From positions 1-27,705 of the IMG/VR virus record IMGVR_UViG_3300017754_002116: a stretch of 27,705 nucleotides of DNA; one strand, written 5' to 3'. A program made the position numbers and the translations under genes. Shown piece by piece: positions 1 to 8,904 of the stretch (positions are counted from its first letter, which is position 1; each line of letters starts with the position of its first letter). Under the pieces are notes generated by a model that did not search any database, was not told the origin of the DNA, and saw only the letters and a program-made list of their open reading frames with translations. The DNA is from a virus (taxonomy: Duplodnaviria; Caudoviricetes).

Positions 1-100
1 CGGCCCCTTCCTCAAACATTCGCGGCGGTTCAATTGGGGTGGGGGGGTATCAGGGACGGGGGGTCTATCCGCCGCCCGGTCGCGCCCTAGACCGGACTCG
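1..100. other. Possible cos-proximal left end / packaging region
   Basis: Non-coding start CGGCCCC...AAACATTCGCGGCGGTTCAATT followed by G runs (35-48), about 1.2 kb upstream of terS. Resembles, from recall, the sequence just inside cos of HK97-like phages. The terminase type is consistent with cohesive ends. Confidence 0.3.
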
Positions 101-416
101 GGACGACGACGCCGGGCCTTGTGATGCGGAAGCTGATGCTTTGGGCGGCGTGCGCGGCCCTGATCCTGACCCTTGCGGCTGTCTGCCTTGTCGGCGCAGT
201 CGCGCGCTGAAAACCAGAAGGCCCGTCCTGCGGTCGCGGGACGGGCCTTCATCGTCAGACCCTGGGTTGGGGGGACGGGCCTGCAAAACGACAATGCACG
301 AAGGCAGGGGCGCCGCAAACAGGCGTCAACTCACGCGCGACTCACCTTCAGATCCAGTCGCGTCGGCGTTATGAGGGATCGGCCGGCGCGACCGGCTGAC
401 AAACGGGACTTGGAAA

Positions 417-689
417 ATGAAGAACCCCAAACCCTTGCCGCTGCACTTCGACTTCCTCGGCTTCGAACGCTGTCGCGGTTACATTCGCGGCGTCACGCAT
501 GTTCGCTGCACTGAATGCAACGGCGTCCCTGATCGCGGCGGCGGCGACGTCTGTTCGAACTGCGGCGGCTATGGATGCGTCCCCGCGCCGCGCGCGACTG
601 CCGTCGCCATTTCGAGGCAGGCGACCGCCCGACCGGATACGGACCTTGAAGACGTCGTCGGCGCGGCGCTTTTCCTTGGGCTGTTCTGA
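417..689 (+). CDS. Small Cys-rich zinc-ribbon protein
   Basis: CTECNG...CSNCGGYG (two CxxC pairs, DnaJ-like CxxCxGxG). Stop overlaps the next start (TGATG). Confidence 0.6.
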   Translation: MKNPKPLPLHFDFLGFERCRGYIRGVTHVRCTECNGVPDRGGGDVCSNCGGYGCVPAPRATAVAISRQATARPDTDLEDVVGAALFLGLF

Positions 690-925
690 TGACTGACGTC
701 CCGGCGGTCGACGGCGTTCCCGCGCGCTTCTGGCGGCTCATCGCCAACATGTCAGTATTGTTCCAGGCGCAGGCGTTTCCGCCGCCGACCTGGCGGCATG
801 ATCCGAAGGCGCGGACGCTGTCGGCGACGTTCGTCGAACCGGGCGACCCGGATCGCGAGACGCTGGCGACAATCGTTTGGACGTGGCGTCTGAAGCGCGA
901 TCCTGTTGACAATTCCGGCGACTAG
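689..925 (+). CDS. Hypothetical protein, 78 aa
   Basis: Translationally coupled to 417..689; normal amino-acid composition. Confidence 0.5.
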   Translation: MTDVPAVDGVPARFWRLIANMSVLFQAQAFPPPTWRHDPKARTLSATFVEPGDPDRETLATIVWTWRLKRDPVDNSGD

Positions 926-935
926 ACGCAAAACC
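906..935 (+). promoter_or_regulatory. Candidate sigma70-type promoter
   Basis: Perfect TTGACA at 906-911; only a weak -10-like A-rich element (GCAAAAC, 928-934). Confidence 0.3.
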
Positions 936-973
936 CGCTGACGCTGTTCGCAAGAGCAACGCCGTCCCCCCGT

Positions 974-1013
974 GCGACCCCTGACCGCCTCCCGGTCAGG
1001 GGTCGCGTCGTTT
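974..1013 (+). terminator. 14-bp perfect hairpin with CCTCC loop and weak U tract
   Basis: GCGACCCCTGACCG (974-987) / CGGTCAGGGGTCGC (993-1006), then GTCGTTT. Confidence 0.45.
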
Positions 1014-1100
1014 CAATCTCCCCTCTTGTGCGACCGCGCGAACGCTGGCAATCGACAGGCGACTCCCTCGCCATGGGTGTCTCCTTGTGTGTCTGATCGG

Positions 1101-1137
1101 GAACGCGGCCGCTTTACAGCGCGCCGCGTTTTCGTTT
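1101..1137 (+). terminator. Intrinsic terminator-like hairpin upstream of terS
   Basis: AACGCGGC-CGCT/TTAC/AGCG-C-GCCGCGTT then TTCGTTT. The 12-mer GCGTTTTCGTTT is identical to that of the operon-end terminator at 26598-26609. Confidence 0.55.
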
Positions 1138-1262
1138 ACGTCTTCAGATCGGCAGGGGCCGAACGGCGAAGCGAGCGGACTGGCAGGCCAATGGAGCCGT
1201 CCGGCTATGCGATCCGCGAAGACACGCGCGAATTCATCCCCAAGGGGGGATAGGGGCGGGCC

Positions 1263-1838
1263 ATGACGCGCGGTCGCAAACCCAAAAACCCGCAACTGTC
1301 AGAACTGGCGAAGCCGGGCCTGACCGCGCCCCCGATGCAGCCAGCGGCGGGCGGCGGGGATGGCGGCGGCGACGAACCGCCAAAGCGGACTCGCCGGAAA
1401 AAGCTTCCCGCCGCAGACGCGCCGCCGGAATGGATGAAGGACAAGATGGCGCGGGCGGAATGGGCGCGGCTGCTTCCGCAGATGAAGGCGCGTCGCCAGT
1501 AGATCCCCCTCTTCAGTATGGAACTCGCGCGCTATTGCGTCGCCGCCGGTCAGTTCGTCGCTGCGATCCGCGCGCTAGATGCGGCTGGCGGTCCCGTGAC
1601 GAAATCCAGCAAGGGCGTTGCGATGCTGTCGCAGGATTGGGTCGTGATGAACCGCGCGCATGAAACGATGCGGGCGCTTGCGGCGGACCTTGGGATGAAC
1701 CCGGTCGCGCAGGTTCGCATCGGCGGGCTTCAGCTTGACCTGTTCGACGCGCCGACGGCCCCGGCCAGCGGGCCAGCGCCGGGCGGTCAGGGCGATAACG
1801 TCGTCAACGCTTTCGCGGCCTTCAGACGGGGAGCGTAA
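1263..1838 (+). CDS. terS: Terminase small subunit (P27-like family), interrupted by an in-frame TAG at 1500-1502
   Basis: ORFs 1263..1502 and 1518..1838 are in one frame. N-terminal RGRKPK, PPEWM..ARAEWARL, ELARYC and C-terminal LAADLGMNPVAQVRI together match the P27-type TerS pattern. Lies directly upstream of terL. Confidence 0.85.
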
Positions 1839-1841
1839 GCC

Positions 1842-3683
1842 ATGCAGGCAACGCACGCCGAACGCGCGACAAGGTACGCTGAAGCCGTCGTCAAGGGCGA
1901 TATACCAGCCTGCGAACTGACGCGGTTGGCGTGTCAGCGACACATGTCGGACCTGAAGCGCGCGGCGAACCCGAAGGACGATTTTCCGTATGTGTTCGAC
2001 CATGACAGCGCGAACCGGGTTTGCGGTTTCGTCGAAATGTTTCCGCACATCAAAGGGCATTGGGCGCGGAAGCGGACGCGGCTGGCGCTTGAAGACTGGC
2101 AATGTTTCATCCTGGCGTCGGCGTTCGGCTGGCTCGATAGTCAAACCGGCTGGCGGCGCTTCCGTTCGGTTTATATCGAAGTCCCGCGCAAGAATGCGAA
2201 GACGACACTAAGCGCGCCGGTCGCGCTCTACATGCTCGGCCCTGACGGGGAACAGGGCGCGGAGTGCGTCGTCGCCGCGACGAAAAAGGATCAGGCTAAA
2301 ATCGGCTTCGGCATCGCGAAGAACATGGCCGAAAAGTCGGACGGCTATCGGACGGAATTCGGCGTCGTCGTTCGACAGAACCGGATTGTCTGCACCGAAA
2401 CCAATGGCGTCTTCATCCCAATCGACAGCCGGGGCGGAACGCAGGACGGCGCGAACCTACACTTTTCGCTGAACGACGAACTTCACGCATGGAAGGGCCG
2501 CGAACTTTACGAAGTGCTGGAGACGGCGATGGGGTCGCGCACTCAGCCGCTTATGTGGAACATCACGACGGCGGGCAGCGATACGTCGGGGATTTGCTAT
2601 GAACGCCGGACCTATCTTGTCCGCGTGCTGCGGAAGGCCGTCAAAGACGAGCAGACCTTCGGCATCATCTACAGCGTCGACGAAGGCGACGACATTTATT
2701 CCGAAGACACATGGCGGAAGGCAAACCCGAACTATGGCGTGTCAGTCCTTCCGCACGACATGAAGGCGCTAGCCCTTCAGGCGCGGAACAACGCGAAGTC
2801 TCGAGCGGGCTTTCAGACGAAGCGGCTGAACTGCTGGCTGACGTCGGCCAGCGCGTTCTTCGACATGGAAGCTTGGGACGCCTGCGGCGACCCGACGCTG
2901 ACGCGCGAAGATTTCAAAGACGATGAATGCGTCGGCGCGCTCGACCTGGCGTCCAAACGCGACTTTAACGCGGGAATTCTTCTGTTCGAACGGGATGGCG
3001 TGTTCTTCGCCTTCGCTGATTTCTGGCTTCCGCGCGAAGCCGTGAACCAGTCGACGAACGCCAGCATAAAGGGATGGGAGGAAGACGGCTGGCTCAGGGT
3101 CACGGACGGAAACGTCGTCGACTATGACGCTATTCGCGAAACCATCGAAGACAATTGGGGGACGATGCACGTCCTGACGCAAGTCGGGTTCGACCCGTTC
3201 CAAGCGCAGCACATGATCCGCCAGCTTCAGGACTCGCAATTCGAGTGCGTCGAAGTCCGTCCGACCGTCCTGAATTTCAGCGAGCCGATGAAGGAACTAG
3301 ACGCGCTGGTCGCGGCTGGCCGTTTCCGCCACAACGGCGACCCGGTTCTGCGCTGGATGATTTCGAACGTCGTCGCCGTGCGCGATCACAAGGACAACGT
3401 CTATCCGCGCAAGGAACGCGAAGAAAACAAGATTGACGGGGCGGTCGCCCTGATTTCGGCGCTGGCGCTGAAGATGGAAGGGCGCGGCGCGGACCTGTCC
3501 GTGTTCGAACAGATTGCGGCCGACAACGCCAAGTCCGCCGAAGTCAAAAAGGCGGCTGGCGTGACAAATCCCCGCGATGCGGACATAGACTTCGAAGCAT
3601 TGAACGACGTCGATCATCCGCGCTTTGCCGAAATGGCGAAACGCTGGCGCGCCAAACAGGAGGCTATGGCCGACCATGAGTGA
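1842..3683 (+). CDS. terL: Terminase large subunit (Terminase_1 / HK97-like)
   Basis: LEDWQ motif, Walker A VPRKNAKTT, Walker B SLNDELH, ITTAG coupling motif, nuclease ALDLAS and C-terminal KIDGAVALISAL. Confidence 0.97.
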   Translation: MQATHAERATRYAEAVVKGDIPACELTRLACQRHMSDLKRAANPKDDFPYVFDHDSANRVCGFVEMFPHIKGHWARKRTRLALEDWQCFILASAFGWLDSQTGWRRFRSVYIEVPRKNAKTTLSAPVALYMLGPDGEQGAECVVAATKKDQAKIGFGIAKNMAEKSDGYRTEFGVVVRQNRIVCTETNGVFIPIDSRGGTQDGANLHFSLNDELHAWKGRELYEVLETAMGSRTQPLMWNITTAGSDTSGICYERRTYLVRVLRKAVKDEQTFGIIYSVDEGDDIYSEDTWRKANPNYGVSVLPHDMKALALQARNNAKSRAGFQTKRLNCWLTSASAFFDMEAWDACGDPTLTREDFKDDECVGALDLASKRDFNAGILLFERDGVFFAFADFWLPREAVNQSTNASIKGWEEDGWLRVTDGNVVDYDAIRETIEDNWGTMHVLTQVGFDPFQAQHMIRQLQDSQFECVEVRPTVLNFSEPMKELDALVAAGRFRHNGDPVLRWMISNVVAVRDHKDNVYPRKEREENKIDGAVALISALALKMEGRGADLSVFEQIAADNAKSAEVKKAAGVTNPRDADIDFEALNDVDHPRFAEMAKRWRAKQEAMADHE

Positions 3684-5031
3684 CAGGCAGGGACGGAACT
3701 GGTTCACGCAAGTTTTGGGACGCTTCACGCGCGATCCGAAATATGTCCGGGGCAGCGAACGCCGCTGGTATCCGAATTCATCGGGCGTCGCTGTCGACGC
3801 GGACAGCGCACTGAAGACGGCGGCGGTTTGGGCGTGCGCGCGCTATCTCGCGCAGACCGTCGCGGGCCTGCCGTGGGGCGTTCGCGCGCCGCAGGGCAAG
3901 ACGGGTTCGCAGACTGTTGAAGGCGGCGTGTCCTTTATGATCGCCAGCCGCGTCAGCGACGAATGGTCTTCGTTCCAGTTTCGCGAAACGCTGACCCATT
4001 GGGCCGTGATGCGCGGCAACGGGTACGCTGAAATCGAACGCGATGGCGCTGGCCGTCCGGTCGCGCTTCATCCGCTGCATCCCGACACGGTCGACCCGAT
4101 GCGCGACGAACGCGGGCGGCTGTTCTATCGCGTGAGCGGTTCGGACGGCGGCTTCGTCGACCTGGAGGCGCGCGACGTCTTCCATCTGCGCGGCTTCGGG
4201 AACGACGTCGTCGGCGTCAACGTGATGACCTACGCGGCGCAGTCTATCGGATGGGCGCAGGCCACGGAAATCTTCGGCGCGAATTTCTTCAGCGAAGGCA
4301 TGAACCCTTCGATGATTATCTCGATGACGAAAACGCTGACGACGCCGGCGCGGGACGAACTGCGCAAGGAACTCGAAAGCGTTCACAAGGGCGCGAAGAA
4401 AGGCGGACGGATTGCGATCCTCGACGGCGGCATGAAGCCGGAACGCCTGTCGTCGACCGCCGAACAAAGTCAGTTCATCGAAACGCGCCAGCATCAAATC
4501 GAAGAAATCTGCCGCTGGTTCGGCGTCCCGCCGCACAAGGTCGCGCATCTGCTTCGCGCCACGTTCAGCAACATCGAACACCAATCGATTGAAGTCGTCG
4601 TCGACGCGATCGCGCCATGGTGCAAGCGGTTCGAAGACGAGGCGGACTTCAAGCTGTTCGGCGCGGCGAACCGGCGCGGGTTCTATACGAAGATGAACCT
4701 GAAGGCGCTGCTGAAAGGCGACATGCAGGCGCGCGCGTCCTATTACCAAATCCGCCGCAACCTCGGCACGCTGAACGCCGACGAAATCCGCGAATTCGAA
4801 GACGAGAACCCCATCGGCGGCAAGGCCGGGAAAATGTATGTGATGCAGGGGCAATACATGAGCCTCGACGCCATCGCAGCGACGTCGGACGCGGCAGTCG
4901 AGAAGGCGAAGAACCCGCCACAAGATCCAGTGAACCCGCCGCCGGGAAATCCCGACGACGAACCGCCGGAAGGCGATGACCTGGCGGCGAAGACGAAGAA
5001 ACTTCAGCAACTCATCGGGGCGGACCAATGA
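3676..5031 (+). CDS. Portal protein, HK97 family
   Basis: [57 protein letters not shown]. Start placed at ATG 3676, downstream of GGAGG. Confidence 0.96.
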   Translation: MSDRQGRNWFTQVLGRFTRDPKYVRGSERRWYPNSSGVAVDADSALKTAAVWACARYLAQTVAGLPWGVRAPQGKTGSQTVEGGVSFMIASRVSDEWSSFQFRETLTHWAVMRGNGYAEIERDGAGRPVALHPLHPDTVDPMRDERGRLFYRVSGSDGGFVDLEARDVFHLRGFGNDVVGVNVMTYAAQSIGWAQATEIFGANFFSEGMNPSMIISMTKTLTTPARDELRKELESVHKGAKKGGRIAILDGGMKPERLSSTAEQSQFIETRQHQIEEICRWFGVPPHKVAHLLRATFSNIEHQSIEVVVDAIAPWCKRFEDEADFKLFGAANRRGFYTKMNLKALLKGDMQARASYYQIRRNLGTLNADEIREFEDENPIGGKAGKMYVMQGQYMSLDAIAATSDAAVEKAKNPPQDPVNPPPGNPDDEPPEGDDLAAKTKKLQQLIGADQ

Positions 5032-5639
5032 CGGACCTTCAACAGATGCGCGAAGCCGCCAACGCGGCGGTCGATGCAGCGACAAAGGCGCTTGAACTCG
5101 CGCGCGGGCTTGTCTCGCGTATCGACGCGCTGGAAGCCCGCGAAACGCCAGCGGGCAAGGATGGCGGCATCGGCCCGAAAGGCGATCCGGGCGAGCCGGG
5201 GCGGAACGGTCTAGACGGTAAGGACGGGAAGCCCGGCATCAACGGAAAAGACGGCGCGCCGGGGGCTGATGGCCGGGACGGCGTCGACGGCAAGGACGGC
5301 GCGCCGGGGCGGGATGGCCGGGACGGCAAGAACGGCGTCGACGGCAAGCCGGGACAGGACGGCAAGGACGGCCCGCGCGGCGAAGCCGGGGCGGATGGCG
5401 CGCCCGGTCGCGACGGCGTCAACGGGAAGGACGGGAAGGACGGCGTGAACGGCAAAGACGGGAAGCCGGGCATCAACGGAAAAGACGGCAAACCGGGCCG
5501 CGACGGAGATCCGGGTGCGCCGGGGCTGGAAGATATCGAACTGACGAACTACGCACCGTCGCTAGACGGATCGGACGACTTGCGCATACTTCGCGCGCGG
5601 ATCGGGACTGATATCGTCGACTTCATCGTGAAACGGTAA
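5028..5639 (+). CDS. Collagen-like protein (N-terminal helix, Gly-X-Y domain, short C-terminal domain)
   Basis: 42 uninterrupted Gly-X-Y triplets at 5154-5531; ATGA overlap with the portal stop. Confidence 0.9.
   Translation: MTDLQQMREAANAAVDAATKALELARGLVSRIDALEARETPAGKDGGIGPKGDPGEPGRNGLDGKDGKPGINGKDGAPGADGRDGVDGKDGAPGRDGRDGKNGVDGKPGQDGKDGPRGEAGADGAPGRDGVNGKDGKDGVNGKDGKPGINGKDGKPGRDGDPGAPGLEDIELTNYAPSLDGSDDLRILRARIGTDIVDFIVKR
5154..5531 (+). repeat. Gly-X-Y coding repeat with internal 33-bp near-identical duplication
   Basis: GACGGGAAGCC(C/G)GGCATCAACGGAAAAGACGGC at 5223-5255 and 5457-5489. Confidence 0.9.
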
Positions 5640-5650
5640 AGGGGCCAGCC

Positions 5651-6346
5651 ATGTCCGCCATTCTCATGTTCGACCGTCGCGGGCGCGTGATGCACTCGCG
5701 TTACACGATGAAGCGCGACAAGACGCGCGGCGAAATCTTCCTGTATGGACCCATCGGGGCGAGCTTTTGGGATGAAGGGGCGGTCAGCGCCGGGCAGTTC
5801 CAGAAAGACCTTCGCGCACTCGGCAAGGTCGAACAGATCGACCTTCGCATCAACTCGCCGGGCGGAAGCGTCTTCGACGGTCAGGCGATGGGCGCGCTGC
5901 TGAAGCAACACGCCGCGACGAAGACGGTCTATGTCGACGGCGTCGCCGCATCCGCCGCCGCCACGCTGGCGATGGCCGGGGATGAAATCATCATCGCGGA
6001 AGGCGCGTTTATGATGATCCACAATGCGAGCGGGATGGCGTTCGGCGACGCGAAGGAAATGGAGCGGATGGCCGGACTGCTTCGCACCGTGAACGATGAA
6101 GTCGCGAAGCAGTACGCCGACCGCGCAAAGATGAAAGTCGCCGACGTTCTCGACATGATGGACGCGGAGACATGGATGACCGCCGATGATGCGGTCGCCA
6201 AGGGCTTCGCGGACAAGGTCGCGAAGGGCCAGAAAGTCACGAACATGATTTCCGACAGCACCGGGTTCAAAAACATTCCCGGCGCGCTGAAGGAAAGGCC
6301 GAACCGGGTCCGCGCGGCGGCAATGCTAGCCTCTATTCGACGCTAG
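5651..6346 (+). CDS. Prohead maturation protease, ClpP-like (S14)
   Basis: INSPGGSVFDG, VDGVAASAA (catalytic Ser), FMMIHNA (His), ETWMTADDAVAKGFAD. Confidence 0.95.
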   Translation: MSAILMFDRRGRVMHSRYTMKRDKTRGEIFLYGPIGASFWDEGAVSAGQFQKDLRALGKVEQIDLRINSPGGSVFDGQAMGALLKQHAATKTVYVDGVAASAAATLAMAGDEIIIAEGAFMMIHNASGMAFGDAKEMERMAGLLRTVNDEVAKQYADRAKMKVADVLDMMDAETWMTADDAVAKGFADKVAKGQKVTNMISDSTGFKNIPGALKERPNRVRAAAMLASIRR

Positions 6347-6419
6347 CGATTTGCGGCATAAGGGCGGCTCGTTTCGACAGGGACGGGTTTTCCGCCAGTC
6401 AAAAAGGAAGGGGCTACAT

Positions 6420-7859
6420 ATGAAAGTCATCGACGGTTTCGGTCTGGCGGTTGCTTCGGCGCGTCAGACTGCCACGGCGGCAGCGGCAAAGCTGTTCCGC
6501 TCGCATCTGCTGGGGGGTTCTGGTCTTCCGCTGATCCTGATGGGGCCGACGTCGGACCCGCTTCAGCGGCTTCGCGATCAGCTTCAGGAAGCGACTTCCG
6601 ACATGGAAGCCATCACGCAGGAAGCCGACGACGGCTACCGCGACCTGACGCCGGAAGAACTCGCTTCGATCACCGAACTTTCGCAGAAGTGCGACAACCT
6701 GCGGACGCAGATCGCGGCGCGCGAAACCATCGCGAACGCGGCCGGCGGCGGCGGCGGTCGCAAGACTGCGCCGGGCGGCGGCGGCGGCGACAAGCGCGTC
6801 GCGCCGACCGTGAAGGACAGCGCCCGCTGGGGCTTCAAGTCCATGGGCGAATTCGCGCTCGCCGTGCGTCAGGCTTCCATTCGTCCCGACGCCATGGACG
6901 CGCGCCTGACGAACGTCGCCACGACCTACGGAAACGAAGGCGTTGGCGCTGATGGCGGCTTCGCCGTCCCGCCGGAATTCCGCCGGGAAATCTGGACGAA
7001 GGTCATGGGCGTCGAGAACCTGTTCTCGCGCGTGACGCAGCTTGTGACTGCGAGCAACAGCCTGACCTTCCCGAAAGACGAAACGACCCCGTGGGACACG
7101 ACGAAGGGCGTTCAGGTCTTTTGGGAAAGCGAGGCGGGCCAGATCGCGCAGTCGAAGCCCGCGCTGGGGACGGAGTCCATGCGGCTGAACAAGCTGACCG
7201 GGCTTGTCCCGATCAGCGAAGAACTGTTGCAGGACGCGCCGGGCATCGAAAGCTGGCTGCGCGCGAAAGTCCCGACGAAGATGGCGGCCAAGCTGAACCG
7301 CGCCATCGTGCGCGGGACCGGCGTCGGTCAGCCGATGGGCATCCTGAACTCGGGGTCGCTCGTTTCGGTCGCGAAGGAAGGGTCGCAAGGCCCGGATACC
7401 ATCTGGTACAAGAACATCGTGAACATGTGGAGCCGCCTCGCGGGCGAGCTTCGCGGCAATTCCGTCTGGCTGGTCAATCAGGATATCGAACCGCAACTCT
7501 ACACGATGCAGTTCGCGCCGGGTTCGTCGACGCCGGTCCCGGTCTATCTTCCCGCCAACGGCGTGAGCGGTTCGCCGTTCGCGACGCTGATGGGCCGCCC
7601 GGTCATCCCGGTTCAGGCTTGCTCGACCCTTGGCGACAAGGGCGATATCATCCTGACCGACCTGTCCCAATACTTCGGACTGACGAAGGGTCAGGACATT
7701 CAGACCGACGTGTCCATGCACTTCTTCTTCGATCAGGCGCTGATGGCTTTCCGCTTCATCCTGCGCATCACGGGTCAACCGGCGTGGGGTTCGGTCATCA
7801 CCCCGGAGAACGGCGTCAACACGCTGTCCTGGGCCGTGACCCTCGACGAACGGACCTAA
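6420..7859 (+). CDS. Major capsid protein, HK97 fold with N-terminal delta-like scaffold region
   Basis: Coiled-coil N-terminal part, DGGFAVPPEF, ISEELLQDA, GTGVGQPMGIL, TLMGRPVI. ATG 6420 follows GGAAGGGG. Confidence 0.95.
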   Translation: MKVIDGFGLAVASARQTATAAAAKLFRSHLLGGSGLPLILMGPTSDPLQRLRDQLQEATSDMEAITQEADDGYRDLTPEELASITELSQKCDNLRTQIAARETIANAAGGGGGRKTAPGGGGGDKRVAPTVKDSARWGFKSMGEFALAVRQASIRPDAMDARLTNVATTYGNEGVGADGGFAVPPEFRREIWTKVMGVENLFSRVTQLVTASNSLTFPKDETTPWDTTKGVQVFWESEAGQIAQSKPALGTESMRLNKLTGLVPISEELLQDAPGIESWLRAKVPTKMAAKLNRAIVRGTGVGQPMGILNSGSLVSVAKEGSQGPDTIWYKNIVNMWSRLAGELRGNSVWLVNQDIEPQLYTMQFAPGSSTPVPVYLPANGVSGSPFATLMGRPVIPVQACSTLGDKGDIILTDLSQYFGLTKGQDIQTDVSMHFFFDQALMAFRFILRITGQPAWGSVITPENGVNTLSWAVTLDERT

Positions 7860-7872
7860 TCGCCCGCCGCCG

Positions 7873-7896
7873 CCGCCGCCTCGAAAGGGGCGGCGG
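7873..7896 (+). other. GC-rich hairpin with GAAA tetraloop after the capsid gene (mRNA stabiliser or attenuator)
   Basis: CCGCCGCCTC-GAAA-GGGGCGGCGG; no U tract. Confidence 0.5.
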
Positions 7897-7943
7897 ACTG
7901 GCGACGAAAACCGGAAACAGGGACTAGAGAAGGGACTGCCAAC

Positions 7944-8453
7944 ATGAACCAACTTCTGACGGAAAAAGTGCAGATCGCATCGGGCTTCGTCCCGATTTCG
8001 ATGGCTGCGGGCGCGAACGCTGGCGACTGGGTCAGCCTGAAGAACTTTCTTCGCTGCGCCATCGTGTTCTTCAAGGCCGCTGGCACGGCGGGAGACGACC
8101 CGGTCATCACGCTGCTTCAGGCGACGTCTGTCGCCGGTTCGAATTCGAAGGCGCTGAACTTCACGCGCATCGACAGCAAACAGGGCGCCGCCCTGACCGC
8201 CATCGGCCAGTTCACGAAGACCGAACAGGCGGCGGGGAACACCTATTCGAACCTGACGCTGGCCGAAACGCAGGCGATCATCGTTATCGATATCAAGGCC
8301 GAAGACCTCGATATCGACAACGGCTTCGACTGCCTTCAGGCGAGCGTTGCCGACGTCGGCACGAACGCGCAAATCGGCGGGCTGCTTTACCTGCTGCATG
8401 ACCCGAAGTTCGTCGACGAGGCGGGCCTTCTGCCGTCGGCCATCGCCAACTAA
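7944..8453 (+). CDS. Putative capsid decoration / minor capsid protein
   Basis: 169 aa, beta-strand-like pattern, directly after the capsid gene and before a terminator, so likely co-expressed at high level. Function inferred from position. Confidence 0.65.
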   Translation: MNQLLTEKVQIASGFVPISMAAGANAGDWVSLKNFLRCAIVFFKAAGTAGDDPVITLLQATSVAGSNSKALNFTRIDSKQGAALTAIGQFTKTEQAAGNTYSNLTLAETQAIIVIDIKAEDLDIDNGFDCLQASVADVGTNAQIGGLLYLLHDPKFVDEAGLLPSAIAN

Positions 8454-8480
8454 GTTCGCCGGGGCGCTTGGGGCGAAGCG

Positions 8481-8520
8481 GGCGGGGATCGGTCAGGGCT
8501 GGCCGGTCCCCGTCTTTTTT
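8481..8520 (+). terminator. Intrinsic terminator after the capsid genes
   Basis: 15-bp stem with G-U pairs (8481-8495 / 8500-8514), loop GGGC, then T6. Confidence 0.8.
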
Positions 8521-8534
8521 CAGCAAAGGGAGAC

Positions 8535-8834
8535 ATGACAATGTTCGTAAAGTTCGACGTGACGAAGGTCACGAAGGAAGCAAATCCGCAGACCTTCGAA
8601 GCTGGCGAATGCTATGACATGCCAGCGGCGTCCGGCTTCCGCTGGATCAAGCGCAACGTCGCGCATGAAATCAGCGAAGCCGAATACAAGGAACACAAGG
8701 CGGCGGCCCGCTCGAAATCGAAGCGGACGAAGCCGCCCGCCGCCGAAGGCGCTGGCGCGCCCGATCCGACGAAGACCGGCGGCGCTGGCGAAGGCGCTGG
8801 CGCTGGCGGGGGCGGGGCCGGGGGAAACGGCTAG
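8535..8834 (+). CDS. Small capsid-associated protein with Lys-rich segment and Gly/Ala linker; zero-frame partner of a -1 frameshift
   Basis: RBS AAAGGGAG. FEAGECYDM...RWIKRNVAHEI resembles small post-capsid phage domains. Ends GGG GGA AAC GGC TAG. Confidence 0.8.
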   Translation: MTMFVKFDVTKVTKEANPQTFEAGECYDMPAASGFRWIKRNVAHEISEAEYKEHKAAARSKSKRTKPPAAEGAGAPDPTKTGGAGEGAGAGGGGAGGNG

Positions 8835-8904
8835 GACCGCCCGCGACCGCAATCCCCGGCCTTCCATGGGCCGGGGAGACGGCCTTCGTCGTCTGCGGCG
8901 GTCC
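8822..8904 (+). promoter_or_regulatory. Putative -1 programmed ribosomal frameshift signal
   Basis: G GGA AAC (X XXY YYZ) in the correct phase at 8822-8828; 5-nt spacer; outer stem GGACCGCC 8834-8841 / GGCGGTCC 8897-8904; inner stem TCCCCGGCC 8853-8861 / GGCCGGGGA 8869-8877. Confidence 0.8.

Noticed and set aside
972-1253. 93-aa ORF in the terS leader
   Set aside because: GTG start inside a hairpin, no RBS, crosses terminator-like structures.
3778-8399. Long minus-strand ORFs (3778..5085, 6414..8399; also 20055..20852 and 21283..22449)
   Set aside because: Antisense shadows of GC-rich genes with clear + strand families; Arg-rich and without motifs.
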